A stretch of 64,000 nt of DNA, taken from contig NC_058368.1 of assembly GCF_018350175.1 (NCBI RefSeq), forward strand, positions 29,948,001 to 30,012,000, in the 5' to 3' direction. A program made the position numbers and the translations under genes. Of this stretch, positions 61,384 to 64,000 are shown piece after piece. The notes under the pieces are model-generated. The model saw nothing but the letters and a program-made list of their open reading frames with translations, did no database searches and was not told where the DNA came from. Origin of the DNA: Felis catus (taxonomy: Eukaryota). Position 1 is the first letter of the stretch. Every line of letters starts with the position of its first letter.

Positions 61384-64000
61384 AAAAAAGCCAAGTTAGG
61401 GTGTGTTAAAGTCTTATCATGTGGCTTCCTGGGGTATTTTCAGAACACCATGACAAGATCTAATGAATTGCATGATGAGATTGCCAACCAAGGCGACACT
61501 TGTGTGGAGAGTTCCCTTGCTTTATGTTCTGCTGAGTGAATACCAGGCTTTTTGTAAAACATATATAGCAGGGTAGAGTGCTAGTTGTTTTATTAATAAG
61601 GTAAGCTGGGTTTGGGGGCTTTGATCAATCTTTCATTCTTTTATTCCACAAACATAATTTGGTGCCACTGCATGGCTGGTCCTGTTCTGGGAGCTAGGGT
61701 TCCCAGGACGGATACAGGAACCTCCAGAAACCACTATGTAGGAAGGGAGACAGTCGTGTGAACTTTCAGCTATATATAACGTGATGTGATTATAATGCTG
61801 ATAGTTACCATTTGTTGAGTTGCATGTACATACCTTCTCTCTCTTCTTAACAGTTCTACAGAGTGGGCATTATTATTATTTTTTTTTAATACAAGGAAAC
61901 TGAAGCTCAGATGCTTACACAGCCAGTAAGTACCGGAGTCAGGATTTGAACTGGAATCTGTCTGCCAATAGCTTCACCTGTACCAGGCTGCCTTCCATAG
62001 ATGCTCTGATAGAGAGGTGCACCTGTGATTCCCACAGTAACAAGACCGTTTCAACCACTCACCACCAGCCTGATTAACACCGATGTATCTTTACTTCCTT
62101 GCCTGTAGAATAGCTAAAAGTGTACTTTTACTCTTAGTTCTGCGGCATGTTCTTGTCCACTAGGAAGACGTGAAGCGATGCATTGGTCTTTCACATTCTT
62201 GGATTATGGTTGGGCAATGGGTGGTTGTGCCAGGGGTGGAAGCTTGGGACGGCCGAGAAGGCTAAGACCTTGAAATGAAGGAAGGGGCGGGGAAGGGATA
62301 TGAGACGAGGTAAGGGGGGTTTGGGGGAAGCTTGGCACAGATTGGGGGGAGGAGGGGTGGAGGCTCCGGCTGGGCAAAAAGGAGCAGCGGGCACCAGGAT
62401 GGCTGTCAGTTTCAGTATCGTTTCCAGGACAGTTTGCTGCCGGGAGTCGAGGAAGCCCGCCATAGCCTTTTCTCTGGCCTGTCACTGCTGTAGCCACATC
62501 TGTAGTATTGGCAACAGTGCCCAGTTCTCCTCCCTGTTTCTGCTTCCTTCGACCACAGCCAGGGCCCCCCAAATGGCCCAAAGGACATTGAGGATGAGAG
62601 AGGGGGTAACAAAAAAGGGTAGGAGAGTGTTTAGGAATGGCTGGGAAGTGAGAAAAAGAGATGTAGGCTTCATACAGTTCTGGTATTTATACCAGGTACA
62701 ATGTTTAATTTCCTGGTCGACTTGTAAAATGATAAGCCATTATCATTAGTAGTCGTAGTAGAAGTAGTAATTTTGAAGAGAAGTTTATTTGGATTCCTTT
62801 ATATCTAAGGATTTCCACATCCAAGACAGAACAGTTTATTATCTTTAACCCCGTGATAATGCTTGAATAAGATTATACATCGTAAGTTTTCCTTACGTAT
62901 CTTGTTACTGTTGGTTCGGGCTATTTTCTTTCCAGGAAAGCAAGATTCGATTAAACCAACAATTCCTAAGTCTTCCAACCTGCAAGAAAAACGTGACTTT
63001 CTTACATTTCCTTAGAGTGAAATGTAGTTAAATAAGTAAGTTCTCGGGAAGGTATTTTAACTAGCAAATCTGGTTTGTAGCATATGGAAATTCAAACAGT
63101 TTTTGTTATCATTAAACTGAACACGCCATTAACTTTATTTTAATAATTCATGCATTGTTTCATAAACAAAAGCAAACAAGCATTCATCTGAGAGATCACT
63201 TTTAGGAGAAGAAATAATAATTTATAATTTTATTTATTATTTCTTTGGTGGAGAACAGTCTCTTGGCTGAACACACGTTGCTTTTTTATTTATGAAATGG
63301 TGCATGCATTATTAAAATAAACCAGCGCCTGTGTTCTGCTTAATGATATGCAAAATTATTTGAGGTTGGGTACAGAATGGTCTCATTTCTCTACCTGTTG
63401 TATGGTTGGCTGGCTTTCCCACCAACTGCGGATTTATGAGAGCATTTAAGGAGCACGTATTTAATTCTGGGACCAAAAAGCCCCAGCAGATTGGAAGAAT
63501 AAAAGCAGGGTTTCTAGTAATGGTTTCACCTCTGAGCAGTCCTTGAGTGAGGAGGGGAAGAAGGGGGGGGACATTTAGCAAGGAAAGGAATAGGTCTTTC
63601 CATGTCGGTCAGAGGCACAGACTTACAGGCAAAGCTTTGCTCTCCCTTAACCAATGTCCTACCCCCCCCCCCCCCCGATAAATCAGGTAATTCTTCGGAG
63701 CTCTGCTTTTGGCTGTAGCTCACATCATGTGCTCTCCACGGCTCCCTGATTCCCTCCAAGCATTCAAAGCCAGAGCAAGTGATTCAGGTTCTGTTCCTTC
63801 TTCCCTCACCTGCTCAGCTCCAGGCAGTAGGATGAGAGAAAATGACCTCAAATGTACTTGAAGTGGAATTTTCTTTGTCATCCAATAAACAATGTTACCC
63901 ACTTTTAAAGAGATATTTACTAAGATCCCTCAAAATGTGTGTTCAACTCTGGATAGTTATTATAAAGACCCTGGAGGAGTTTTATGTTATTTTTGTAGCT

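Larger units (their letters stand above)
45158..64000 (+). other. OLFM4: OLFM4 gene body, incomplete at the 3' end (intron 4 runs off the window; olfactomedin-domain exon not seen)
   Basis: Four exons join in frame. No CGHGG/olfactomedin-domain coding sequence was found in 58183-64000. The TSS is inferred at the CCAGT about 32 nt after the TATA box. Confidence 0.88.

Noticed and set aside
1..64000. CRISPR arrays, rRNA or tRNA genes, prokaryotic defence-type systems
   Set aside because: The sequence is mammalian. The tRNA-like A/B boxes belong to tRNA-derived CAN-SINE heads, and no regularly spaced repeat-spacer array was seen.

Overview
Mammalian genomic DNA from a cat-family (felid) genome, judged from about 20 CAN-SINE/SINEC_Fc-type elements. 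The first ~45 kb is intergenic and repeat-rich: L1, L2, MIR, MaLR/ERVL LTRs, one ERV1-type solo LTR and hAT MITEs. The only protein-coding gene I can support is OLFM4 (olfactomedin-4) on the + strand. Its promoter has TATA, kappaB and PU.1-like motifs, and coding exons 1-4 lie at 45182-45367, 50434-50586, 56834-57046 and 58023-58182. They join in frame through GT-AG introns into 237 codons plus 1 nt (signal peptide, Ser/Pro-rich linker, CxC motif, coiled coil). The olfactomedin-domain exon is not in the window and presumably lies past base 64000. The other ORFs I inspected look like repeat or chance artefacts. I found no convincing wholly new biological system. The best leads are: (1) an exon-3 acceptor that is also a near-consensus splice donor, allowing recursive splicing or in-frame exon-3 removal; (2) nested antisense SINE dimers just upstream of both exon 2 and exon 3; (3) a tailless U6 retrocopy; (4) a solo LTR with tandem kappaB motifs upstream of this NF-kB-responsive gene; (5) a MER53 hairpin retaining the miR-1302 seed. 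Repeat names come from recalled consensus sequences, not a database search, and the boundaries of old repeats are approximate.
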